Assembly (NCBI GenBank): GCA_030065975.1
Contig: JASJCN010000009.1
Span: forward strand, 47-64,046
Length of the DNA: 64,000 nucleotides
Direction: 5' to 3'
Origin: Myxococcota bacterium
GTDB taxonomy: Bacteria > Myxococcota_A > UBA9160 > UBA6930
The notes under the pieces are model-generated. The model saw only the letters and a program-made list of their open reading frames with translations, ran no database searches and had not been told where the DNA came from. This document shows, in pieces, positions 51,484 to 59,004 of the stretch. Each line of letters opens with the position of its first letter. Positions within the stretch are counted from its first letter, which is position 1. A program made the translations under genes and the position numbers.

Positions 51484-51732
51484 ATGGCCGCACGACCGGA
51501 CGAGGACGCGGAGGCGCTGGCCGAGCGCATCGGGCTCTGCGCCCGATGCGAGCATGCGCAGGTGCAGCGCAGCGCGAAGGGAAGCGAGTTCTGGCGCTGC
51601 CGGGAGGCCGACGCCCACCCGGGCATGCTGCGCTACCCGCCCATCCCGGTGCGCGCGTGTCCCGCCTTCACGCCTTCGGGGCTACCATCTCGCACGCAAC
51701 ACGGCCTGGTGGCCGGAGCGGAGGACGAATGA
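51484..51732 (+). CDS. Small conserved Cys-rich hypothetical protein (CxxC ... C ... C)
   Basis: 82 aa, in frame within a longer track ORF. It reads GLCARCEHAQVQRSAKGSEFWRCREADAHPGMLRYPPIPVRACPAFTP. The ATGA overlap with the following ACT gene supports translation. Confidence 0.6.
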   Translation: MAARPDEDAEALAERIGLCARCEHAQVQRSAKGSEFWRCREADAHPGMLRYPPIPVRACPAFTPSGLPSRTQHGLVAGAEDE

Positions 51733-52268
51733 AGCGCTGGTACCTGCTCACCGCCATCGGCCGGGATCGGCCCGGACTGGTCGCCGACCTGGCCAAGCTG
51801 GTGCTCGAATGCGACGCCAACCTCGAGGACTCGCGCATGACGATCCTCGGCTCGGACTTCGCCGTGATGCTCCTGTGCTCGAGCGACCAGAGCAGCGTCG
51901 GCGATGCGCTGGCCGTGGGAGCCAAGCGCCTCGAGCGCGACCACGGCCTCACCATCCTGCTCCGCCATCTCGAAGAAGGCCCGCGCTCGGCGATCCCCGC
52001 TCCGGGCAGCCGCCTGTACCGGGTCGAAGCCGCCGGCGAGGACCGCGCGGGAATCGTGGCCTCGATCTGCGGCGTGCTGGCCGAAGGCGGCGTGAACATC
52101 GCCGACCTCTCCACCCGGAGCCGACCGGGCCCCGGCGGATCTCCGCACTACGAGCTGCGCATCACGGCCGAGGTGCCGGACGGCACCAGCCCCCGCGAGC
52201 TCCGCGAGGCGCTCGAGCGCGAGGCCGATCGCCTCGTGATCGACGTCTCGTTGATGCCCGCGGACTGA
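51729..52268 (+). CDS. Tandem ACT-domain protein (GcvR-like)
   Basis: MKRWYLLTAIGRDRPGLVADLAKLVLECDANLEDSRMTILGSDFAVMLL and a second ACT (YRVEAAGEDRAGIVASICGVLAEGGVNIADL). GGAGCGGAGG lies upstream of the ATG at 51729. Confidence 0.8.
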   Translation: MKRWYLLTAIGRDRPGLVADLAKLVLECDANLEDSRMTILGSDFAVMLLCSSDQSSVGDALAVGAKRLERDHGLTILLRHLEEGPRSAIPAPGSRLYRVEAAGEDRAGIVASICGVLAEGGVNIADLSTRSRPGPGGSPHYELRITAEVPDGTSPRELREALEREADRLVIDVSLMPAD

Positions 52269-52276
52269 GGAGCGGC

Positions 52277-52903
52277 TCAGCCCGACTCCGAAGGCCAGCG
52301 CGCACGCAGGGGCTGGTCGAGGGTCTCGAGGAAGAGCTCGAGGAAGCGGTAGGTCAGCCCCCACACCACGTGCCGATCGGGCACCCCGACGAGGATGCCG
52401 GGATAGCGCTGGTCGGGGACGGCGGGGTGTCGGAAGTCGACGCTGCGCGCCTCGTCGCCGAGCTCGAAGAGCGGCACCCAGTGGGTGGTGGCGACCTCGT
52501 GGTTCACCCGCAGCGGGCCCGGCTCCGGGTGGTGGTACACGAACGCCGAGATCACGAGCCCGGCCGGGCGACCGGCGTGACGTCCCTCGAGATCGTCGAG
52601 GCGACCGAGCAGGCGCGCGGGGGAGAGGGGCAGGCCGACCTCCTCCAGCGTCTCGCGCTCGGCGGCGGCGCGCAGACTCGCGTCGGTGGCGTCGACGCGA
52701 CCGCCGGGAAACGCCATGTGGCCCGACCACGGGTCCCCTTCCTTCTGTGCGCGCTCGATGAAGAGCACGTCGGGCCCCGACGCATCGGACGGGGCCCGGT
52801 CGCGCAGCACCACCGCCACCGCCGCCCGGTTCACGCCCGACCGCGCGATCTCCTTGGGAGCGCGGTCGGACAGGCGATCCGCGATGGCATCGGCGTCCAT
52901 CAT
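52277..52903 (-). CDS. NUDIX hydrolase (CoA pyrophosphatase-like)
   Basis: From the ATG at 52903. The Nudix box is GHMAFPGGRVDATDASLRAAAERETLEEVGL, preceded by RAAVAVVL. Confidence 0.85.
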   Translation of the reverse strand: MMDADAIADRLSDRAPKEIARSGVNRAAVAVVLRDRAPSDASGPDVLFIERAQKEGDPWSGHMAFPGGRVDATDASLRAAAERETLEEVGLPLSPARLLGRLDDLEGRHAGRPAGLVISAFVYHHPEPGPLRVNHEVATTHWVPLFELGDEARSVDFRHPAVPDQRYPGILVGVPDRHVVWGLTYRFLELFLETLDQPLRARWPSESG

Positions 52904-54411
52904 CGTTCCACGGGTCCCCCTGCGGTCTCGCAGTCGAGCTCGATCCACACGAGCCGCTCGGAGGTCGCGCCCTCGGCGTGGCGCCGCTGGCCGAGCACCA
53001 GGGCGTCGCCGGCCGGCGCCAGCGCCACCCCGGTGGGAGCACCCCAGCTGCCCAGCGCGTCGAGCTCGATGCTCTTCGCGTCGCCCTTCGGCCCGACGAA
53101 CAGACGCGTCTCGCCCGGGCCGGTCACGCCGTCGGGCGTGAGCGCGGGCGCGAGCCGACCGAGCAGGAAGCCGAGCCGCTTCGGAAGCAGGGAGGCGGCA
53201 CCGCTCGGGCGCGTGGTGACGATCGCCAGGCGCTGCCCGTCCGCCGAGAAGGAGACCGAAGCGCCCGCCGCCACCTCGGCGATCGCGGGCAGCGTCGCGT
53301 CGGTGGCGGGGTCGGAGAGCACGAGATCGAGCGGACGGGCGTCGTGCCCGTAGCCCACCGCCAGGGCCCGGGCGTCCGGCGCCCAGGCCAGGGCACCGGG
53401 CCACTGCAGGCCGCCCTTGGTGACCAGGGTGGTGCCCGTCAGGATCACGCCGCCGTGGCCGCCTCGAATCGCGCCACGCACCACCGCAAACTCCGGGCCC
53501 AACACCCGGGTCCACAGGATGCCGCGACCGCTCGGGTCGTAGAGGGGGTGGTCGTCCGGGCGCAGGTCGCGCGTCAGGCGGATCGCGGCGCGCGGGCGGT
53601 CGTCCTCACGGATCTCGAGGGCATACAGCTCGGTGTTCATTGGATGGCGCCAGCTGCGATGGCGGTCGGTGTCGAAGACCACGCCGGTGCCCGCAGGGCT
53701 CGGTGCCGGCCTGCGATTGTGGCCGGGCTGGCCGCAGGTGAGGCAGCGCACGCTTCCGTCCTCGCGATCCAGGCGCTGGATCTGGCGCTCGCCCTCGACC
53801 TCGGCGTCGAAGAACACGAAGCGGCCCTCGCCCGCCAGGCGCGGATGCGCGCCGCGATCGAGCAACGTGGAGGAGCTCGCCACCGCGGCCCCGCACTCGA
53901 GGAGCGGCTCGAGAGCGACCGTGGCATCCACGTCGTAGCTGCCGCTCGCGAAGGCGCCCGGCGGAAGCGCCGGAGTCCCGAGCAGCAGCGGCGAGAGCGC
54001 CGCCGCTCCCCCGAGCAGCACGCCGAACCCGGCGAAGCCGAGCGCCACGATGCCGACGTGGCGCAGCAAGGGATCGGCGGGCCCGCGGCGGCGCGCCGCG
54101 AGCCATAGGCTCCCGACCAGTGCGGCCAGGGCGAGGACGCCGGCGAGGGCCCGATGCGGCGGGAGGTCCAGCAGCAGGGCCCCGATGGCGGGCCACGCCA
54201 GCAGCGCCGAGCTCGCGCCCTGAGCCAGCATCCGGCCGCGCTCGGGCTCCCAGCCTCCGTTCCGCTCGAGGGCGAAGACGCACAGGGTGAGGAGGCCGCC
54301 GCCCAGGAGCGCACCGCCGATCAGGATCGGGAGCGGCGCCTCTCGGGAGATGAGCAGGACGAGGAGAGCACCCGGACCGAGCCCGGCCAGCAGGGACCAC
54401 AACAGATGCAC
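52900..54411 (-). CDS. Membrane-anchored hypothetical protein with TolB-like beta-propeller region
   Basis: Four to five N-terminal TM helices, then WD40-like/TolB-like repeats (RPAPSPAGTGVVFDTD..., PLYDPSGRGILWTR, LAWAPDARALAVG, SFSADGQRLAIV). GTG at 54411 is preceded by GGAGGcaagc. Its 3' end overlaps the start codon of the downstream NUDIX gene by 4 nt (52900-52903). Confidence 0.6.
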   Translation of the reverse strand: MHLLWSLLAGLGPGALLVLLISREAPLPILIGGALLGGGLLTLCVFALERNGGWEPERGRMLAQGASSALLAWPAIGALLLDLPPHRALAGVLALAALVGSLWLAARRRGPADPLLRHVGIVALGFAGFGVLLGGAAALSPLLLGTPALPPGAFASGSYDVDATVALEPLLECGAAVASSSTLLDRGAHPRLAGEGRFVFFDAEVEGERQIQRLDREDGSVRCLTCGQPGHNRRPAPSPAGTGVVFDTDRHRSWRHPMNTELYALEIREDDRPRAAIRLTRDLRPDDHPLYDPSGRGILWTRVLGPEFAVVRGAIRGGHGGVILTGTTLVTKGGLQWPGALAWAPDARALAVGYGHDARPLDLVLSDPATDATLPAIAEVAAGASVSFSADGQRLAIVTTRPSGAASLLPKRLGFLLGRLAPALTPDGVTGPGETRLFVGPKGDAKSIELDALGSWGAPTGVALAPAGDALVLGQRRHAEGATSERLVWIELDCETAGGPVER

Positions 54412-54560
54412 GCTTGCCTCCGGAGCTTGGGAGTCGCGTTTCGGGGAGCCGGCCACCGCGGAGCGGTGATCGGGGATGGCCCTCGACGGTAGCAACGGCG
54501 CCGACGAGGCGGCCCCCGGGCGCCGTTTCCGCCTCGCGGGCTGCTACGTTGCCGGCCCTG

Positions 54561-55769
54561 ATGGCCGCCCTGCGCACCCTCCCCAGAAAGGCGCGCGAGA
54601 TCCTCGAGCTGGCGCGCGACGACCGCTCCGCCGCCCGCCAGGCCCTCGGGCGCCTGTCCCTGGACGCCCAGGTCGCGCTCGTGTGCGAGTCGCCGCTCTC
54701 GCGCCGGGCCGAGCTGCTCGACCTCGCGCCCGAGCCGGAGAGCCTGGTGCCCGCCCTGCCCCCGGCCGAGCTTTGCTTCGTCGCCTCTGCCGTCGGGCTC
54801 GCCGATGCCGGCTGGCTCCTCGAGCACGCGAGCGACACCCAGCTCACGACCTGCGTCGACCTGGACGCGTGGCAGCCGCTCACTCCCGACCGGGAGCGGC
54901 TCGGGCAATGGCTCGAGGCACTCGCCGACGCGGGCGAGCCGACCCTGCTCCGCGCGGCGCACAGCATCGACATGGAGCTGTGGGCGCTGCACCTGCGCGA
55001 ACGCGTCGCCGTGGAGATGAAGCCCAGCGGTGACGAAGACTGGTCGCCTCCCACGGGCGGGCAGAGCCTGGACGGGCAGCTCTTCTTCGTCGCGCGCGAT
55101 CCCAAGGACGATCTCAACGATCTGGTGACCCTGCTGCGGACGCTGTTCCAGAACGACTACTGGTTCTACTTCCGACTGCTGCAAGCCGTCGCATGGGAGG
55201 CGTCGAGCGAGAACGAGGAGTGGGCGCTGCGCTGGCGCGCCGGACGCCTGCAGGACATGGGCTTCCCTCCCTGGGAGGAGGCCATGGCGATCTACGGCAG
55301 CCTGCGCCCCGAGCAGCTGCCGCATCTCGCCGAAGCGGCGCAGCCCATCGCCGTCGGAGAGTGGCCGCTTCCGGTGTGGATGCCGGAGCTGCCGGTCGCC
55401 TTCGAGGGCGAGGAGGCCCCGCTCCTGTTCCGCGCCATGGCCGAGCTGCGTGACGAGGAGGAGCGACGGGCTCTCTCCTTCGCGTTCCTGTCGCTGGCGA
55501 ACCGGGTCGCCGTCGCCGACGGCATGGCGCTAGGCGACGCGGAGAGCCTCCCCGTCGCCATCGACAAGGCGGCCCGCGTCGCCAGCGGTGGCCTCGCCTT
55601 CCTGTGCGAGGAGCACGGCATCGCGGCCACCGAGGTGCTGCAGCGCACGAGCCTGGATCGGCTGTTCCGTGTGGGCTTCCACCTCGACGACTCGATCTCG
55701 GCACCGGCGACCCGATTCGACGACGACGAAGCCGACGAGGCCGAGGACGGCGAGACCGAGGAGTCCTGA
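54561..55769 (+). CDS. Hypothetical protein with acidic C-terminus
   Basis: 402 aa from the ATG at 54561. Normal composition (DYWFYFRLLQAVAWEASSENEEWALRWRAGRLQDMGFPPWEEAMAIYG). It ends FDDDEADEAEDGETEES. No family assigned with confidence. Confidence 0.65.
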   Translation: MAALRTLPRKAREILELARDDRSAARQALGRLSLDAQVALVCESPLSRRAELLDLAPEPESLVPALPPAELCFVASAVGLADAGWLLEHASDTQLTTCVDLDAWQPLTPDRERLGQWLEALADAGEPTLLRAAHSIDMELWALHLRERVAVEMKPSGDEDWSPPTGGQSLDGQLFFVARDPKDDLNDLVTLLRTLFQNDYWFYFRLLQAVAWEASSENEEWALRWRAGRLQDMGFPPWEEAMAIYGSLRPEQLPHLAEAAQPIAVGEWPLPVWMPELPVAFEGEEAPLLFRAMAELRDEEERRALSFAFLSLANRVAVADGMALGDAESLPVAIDKAARVASGGLAFLCEEHGIAATEVLQRTSLDRLFRVGFHLDDSISAPATRFDDDEADEAEDGETEES

Positions 55770-55774
55770 GCGCC

Positions 55775-55830
55775 GGTGCATCGGTGCATCGGTGCGTCAG
55801 GGCGTCAGGGCGTCAGGGCGTCAGGGCAAA
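55775..55830. repeat. Tandem octamer array, 7 units grading from GGTGCATC to AGGGCGTC; the second half is a G3N5G3N5G3N5G3 G-quadruplex motif
   Basis: Units start every 8 nt from 55775. GGG runs lie at 55800, 55808, 55816 and 55824. Located between two convergent 3' ends. Confidence 0.95.
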
Positions 55831-55836
55831 TGGAAA

Positions 55837-55864
55837 GGGCCCACGAGCGCAAGCTCGCGGGCCC
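55837..55864. terminator. Hairpin GGGCCCACGAGC-gcaa-GCTCGCGGGCCC between convergent genes (bidirectional terminator candidate)
   Basis: Read directly. 11 of 12 stem positions pair and the tetraloop is GCAA. It lies 23 nt beyond the histone-like gene's stop. Confidence 0.55.
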
Positions 55865-55886
55865 TCAACCATCGAAGCCTGACGAC

Positions 55887-56090
55887 TTAGAGGTCGACGG
55901 CCTTGAGCGTCTTGCGCTTGTTGCCGATCGCGCGGCCCTCGGCGTCCTTGATGGCCTCGCGCACGACCTTGTCGAGCGCCTCGTAGAACTCGCCACCGAC
56001 GTTGCACTTCTTCACGGCGGCCTTCACGCGGGCCTTGGAGATGATGAGCTCGGCGGGCTTGCGCGCGGCCTTCTTGCGTCGTGCCGTCAT
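55887..56090 (-). CDS. Bacterial histone-fold protein (DUF1931 / Bdellovibrio Bd0055-like) with basic N-terminal tail
   Basis: The 67-aa sequence is MTARRKKAARKPAELIISKARVKAAVKKCNVGGEFYEALDKVVREAIKDAEGRAIGNKRKTLKAVDL. The helix-loop-helix-loop-helix spacing and the C-terminal RKT(L/V)KxxD(L/I) match archaeal HMf-type and bacterial DUF1931 histone folds as I remember them. It uses a TAA stop, rare here. Confidence 0.7.
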   Translation of the reverse strand: MTARRKKAARKPAELIISKARVKAAVKKCNVGGEFYEALDKVVREAIKDAEGRAIGNKRKTLKAVDL

Positions 56091-56199
56091 TCGATTGGAA
56101 CCTCAACGAAGAGCCGGATCCACCGCTGCCCCCACAGCAGGAACGAGAGGTCCGCCCGGCATGTCGCCGCGGACACGTCGCGTGTCGCGGATTCGGCCG

Positions 56200-56227
56200 A
56201 TACTAGGGGAAGGCCCGTTGGAGTCAA
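56200..56227 (-). promoter_or_regulatory. Sigma70-type promoter for the histone-like gene: TTGACT -16 nt- TAGTAT
   Basis: The minus strand reads TTGACTccaacgggccttccccTAGTAT, with -35 at 56227-56222 and -10 at 56205-56200. It sits in a locally AT-richer patch about 110 nt upstream of the ATG. A CCGCGACAC...GTGTCCGCGG hairpin lies in the leader. Confidence 0.55.
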
Positions 56228-56335
56228 AGCAAAAAAGCCCGTTACAGGCCCTCTGAGTGCTGATTTCGATGGGATCGCCAATGATCCTGCATTGGCCTCG
56301 CGATGGGCTCCGACGGCAGCTCGGGGCAGCGGGAC

Positions 56336-57100
56336 TCACTGCGCCGACTGGACGGCACGGGCGAGCGCGGGCAGGAGCGCCTCGAGCGGCTGCTCGAGCT
56401 TCCAGTCGCACTCGGAATCGAACGGAGTCTCGGAAGCGGTCAGGATCGCGGTGGCCGCACCACCGCTCCGCGCCAGGGGAAGCATCTGGTTGATCGGCCC
56501 GACGACGAGCGAGGTGCCGGCCGCGACGAAGAGGTCGCACGATTCGGCGGCGCGCATCGCGCGCTCGAGGTCGGCGGCGACGAGGCCCTGCCCGAAGGAG
56601 ATCGTCGCGGGCTTCAATGGGCCCCCGCAGGCACATTCCGGGGTCGCGACGCCGACCTCCCACTCCTGCTGAGCCGCTTCGCGGGGTGATCTCGCACCGC
56701 ACCCCATGCAGACGACCGCCGCGTCGCTGCCGTGGATCTCGACCAGCCGCTCCGCGGGCTGGCCGGCGCGGGCGTGGAGGCCGTCGACGTTCTGGGTCAC
56801 GAGCAGCTCGAGGCAGCCGGCGCGGGTCAGCTCCGCCAGGGAGAGGTGACCCGCGTTCGGCTGGGCGGCGGAGATCAGGGCCCAGGTCTCGCCCTTGTAG
56901 CGCCAGTACTCCTCCCGCGCGGCGCGCGAGGCCATGAAGTCCTGGATGGGGACGGGCTGGTAGCTCTCCCAACGTCCGCCGGGAGAACGGAAGTCGGGGA
57001 TCCCGGAGGCGGTCGAGAGGCCCGCCCCCGTGAGGACCACCACCGAGCGCGCCCCGCGCCAGTGACGCGCCAGATCCTCCAGACCTTCCAACCCTTCCAA
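56336..57100 (-). CDS. cobB: NAD-dependent protein deacylase, Sir2 family (sirtuin, CobB-like)
   Basis: [34 protein letters not shown] (catalytic His), the Zn ribbon CMGCG...[11 protein letters not shown] and [10 protein letters not shown]. The track start is a TTG at 57100, so the exact start is uncertain. Confidence 0.9.
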   Translation of the reverse strand: MEGLEGLEDLARHWRGARSVVVLTGAGLSTASGIPDFRSPGGRWESYQPVPIQDFMASRAAREEYWRYKGETWALISAAQPNAGHLSLAELTRAGCLELLVTQNVDGLHARAGQPAERLVEIHGSDAAVVCMGCGARSPREAAQQEWEVGVATPECACGGPLKPATISFGQGLVAADLERAMRAAESCDLFVAAGTSLVVGPINQMLPLARSGGAATAILTASETPFDSECDWKLEQPLEALLPALARAVQSAQ

Positions 57101-57177
57101 CCCGCTCCCCTCTCTGCTCCCCTCTCCCGCCAGATGCGGCGGGTCCGCGGCGAGGGTACCGCGCTACGTTCCCGAAG

Positions 57178-58197
57178 ATGCTCCGGAAGCTCGACCTGCG
57201 CTCCGACACGGTCACGAAGCCCACCGCTGCCATGCGAAAGACCATGGCCGAAGCCCCCGTGGGCGACGACGTGTACGGGGAGGACCCGAGCGTCAACGCG
57301 CTCCAGGAGTCGGCCGCGCGGCTCCTGGGCAAGGAGGCGGCACTCTTCTTCCCCACGGGCACCATGGCCAACCAGGCCTGCCTGCGGGCGCTCACCCATC
57401 CCGGCGACGTCGTCATCGCATCAGAGGACTGCCACATCCTCAAGTACGAGTCGGGTGCGGCCTCGGCCGTCTCCGGAGTCCAGATCAAGACCGTGGGTCA
57501 CGCCGGACTCTTCGCGGGCGACGAGGTGCGGTCGGCCCTCCATCCAGACGACGCCCACTTCGCTCCGACCACGCTCCTCGCCGTCGAGAACACCCACAAT
57601 GCGAGCGGCGGCCGGGTGTTTCCCCAGGAGCTCCTGGGCGAGTCGATCGCCGTGGCGCTCGAGGCCGGGCTGGCCCTGCACCTCGACGGTGCGCGGCTCT
57701 GGAACGCCCACGTCGCCTCGGGCACGCCCCTGGTGGAGCTGGCCGAGCCCTTCGACACCGTCTCCGTCTGCCTCTCGAAGGGCCTGGGCGCGCCGGTCGG
57801 ATCGGTCGTGTGCGCCTCGGGGCAGCTGATCACGCGGCTTCACCGCATCCGAAAGATGCTCGGCGGCGGCATGCGCCAGGCGGGCATGCTGGCCGCAGCC
57901 GGTCGCTACGCCATCGAGAACCACCTGGAGCGGCTGGCCGAGGATCACGACAACGCGCGTCAGCTGGCCGAGGGGCTGAAGCGGCTGGGCTTCGGCGTCG
58001 AGGAGATGCCGGAGACGAACATCGTGGTGTTCGACGTCCCGGACGGACGCCGCTTCCTCGAGGAGACGCGCAAGCGCTCGCTGTGGATCAACCCGATTTC
58101 GACGCAGCGCTTCCGAGCCGTGACGCACCTCGACGTGAGCTCCGCCGACATCCAGGAAGCGCTCGAGCGGATCATCGAGGCCGATCTGGTGGCCTAG
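57178..58197 (+). CDS. ltaE: Low-specificity L-threonine aldolase (PLP-dependent)
   Basis: [29 protein letters not shown] pattern, TGTMANQ and [15 protein letters not shown] (PLP lysine). Confidence 0.9.
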   Translation: MLRKLDLRSDTVTKPTAAMRKTMAEAPVGDDVYGEDPSVNALQESAARLLGKEAALFFPTGTMANQACLRALTHPGDVVIASEDCHILKYESGAASAVSGVQIKTVGHAGLFAGDEVRSALHPDDAHFAPTTLLAVENTHNASGGRVFPQELLGESIAVALEAGLALHLDGARLWNAHVASGTPLVELAEPFDTVSVCLSKGLGAPVGSVVCASGQLITRLHRIRKMLGGGMRQAGMLAAAGRYAIENHLERLAEDHDNARQLAEGLKRLGFGVEEMPETNIVVFDVPDGRRFLEETRKRSLWINPISTQRFRAVTHLDVSSADIQEALERIIEADLVA

Positions 58198-58268
58198 CCC
58201 TGGTCGTTTTCCCTGACTTCCCGCGTGGTGTCATCCGGGCGCGACACACACGGGCGTGACACCAGACA

Positions 58269-58865
58269 GTGGCTACGCTCTTCGGTGACGGTGGGCAGCA
58301 GCTTCCAAGAAGCGACGTTCCCGTTCGGGGCGAGGCGTTGATCACGCTCGCGATGGGGACCGAGATCCGGGCCACACGCCGGGAAGTCTGGCGTGCGCTC
58401 GTGGATCCGTCCCAGGTGCCGCATTGGCGCCCCGGCTTCGCGGCGGGGGTCGAACGCGACGCGAGCTGGCCCGATGCGGGCTCTCACTGGACCTGGCGCT
58501 GCGACCTGAAGGGGCTGCCGATCCTCGTGCGCCACCGGCCGCGAAAGCTCGTCCGCGGCGAGCAGCTGCGCGCTCAGCTCGAGGTCGGGCTCTTCCGCGC
58601 CGAGGAGGTGCTCGGCGTGCACGCACTCGGGCCGCACTCGACGCGGCTCTCGGTGCGCATCGCCTGCAGGAGCGAGATGGCGCTGCTCGGATCCTGCCTC
58701 GATCGCTTCGCGACCCGACGCTTCGCGACCGAGCTCGCCTCGGCGACGGCCCAGGCCGTGCGCGACTGGTGCGAGCGCGGACGCGGCGATGCCGTCGCCG
58801 ACCCGGGCGTCGCGGGCCCCTCGCCCGAGCAGCTCTCGCTCCAGGGCTTCGCCGCCGGGCGCTAG
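58269..58865 (+). CDS. SRPBCC (START/polyketide-cyclase-like) superfamily protein
   Basis: IRATRREVWRALVDPSQVPHWRPG is the typical first strand-helix of SRPBCC proteins. The real start may be the internal ATG at 58353. Confidence 0.65.
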   Translation: MATLFGDGGQQLPRSDVPVRGEALITLAMGTEIRATRREVWRALVDPSQVPHWRPGFAAGVERDASWPDAGSHWTWRCDLKGLPILVRHRPRKLVRGEQLRAQLEVGLFRAEEVLGVHALGPHSTRLSVRIACRSEMALLGSCLDRFATRRFATELASATAQAVRDWCERGRGDAVADPGVAGPSPEQLSLQGFAAGR

Positions 58866-58910
58866 CCGACCGACGGGCTCGAGGCGACGGTGACGTTGCG
58901 GCGCGGATCC

Positions 58911-58995
58911 CCAGGGAAGCTCTGCGGATGTCGACTACATGCGGCTGCCGGGCTCCGACGGTCCGTGTAGAGAACCCCGTGCAGAGCTTCCCTAG
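58911..58995 (-). mobile_element. MITE-like palindromic repeat element, copy 3 (inverted relative to copies 1 and 2)
   Basis: CCAGGGAAGCTCTGC...GCAGAGCTTCCCTAG. The interior matches the reverse complement of copy 1 (ggatgtcgactacatgcggctgccgggctccgacggtccgtgtagagaaccc versus cgatgtcgactacacgccactgtcgagccccgacggtccgtgtagagagcc). It is flanked by GGATCC/GATCC on both sides. Confidence 0.85.
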
Positions 58996-59004
58996 GATCC
59001 GCCC

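Noticed and set aside
56336-57100. Sir2-domain protein as an anti-phage NADase effector (Thoeris ThsA, DSR or SIR2-HerA type)
   Set aside because: It is a short (254 aa) canonical sirtuin with the GAGxS NAD pocket, a catalytic His and a Cys4 zinc ribbon. It has no SLOG, TIR, HerA or Argonaute partner and no extra domains. This fits a housekeeping CobB-like deacylase, not a defence effector.
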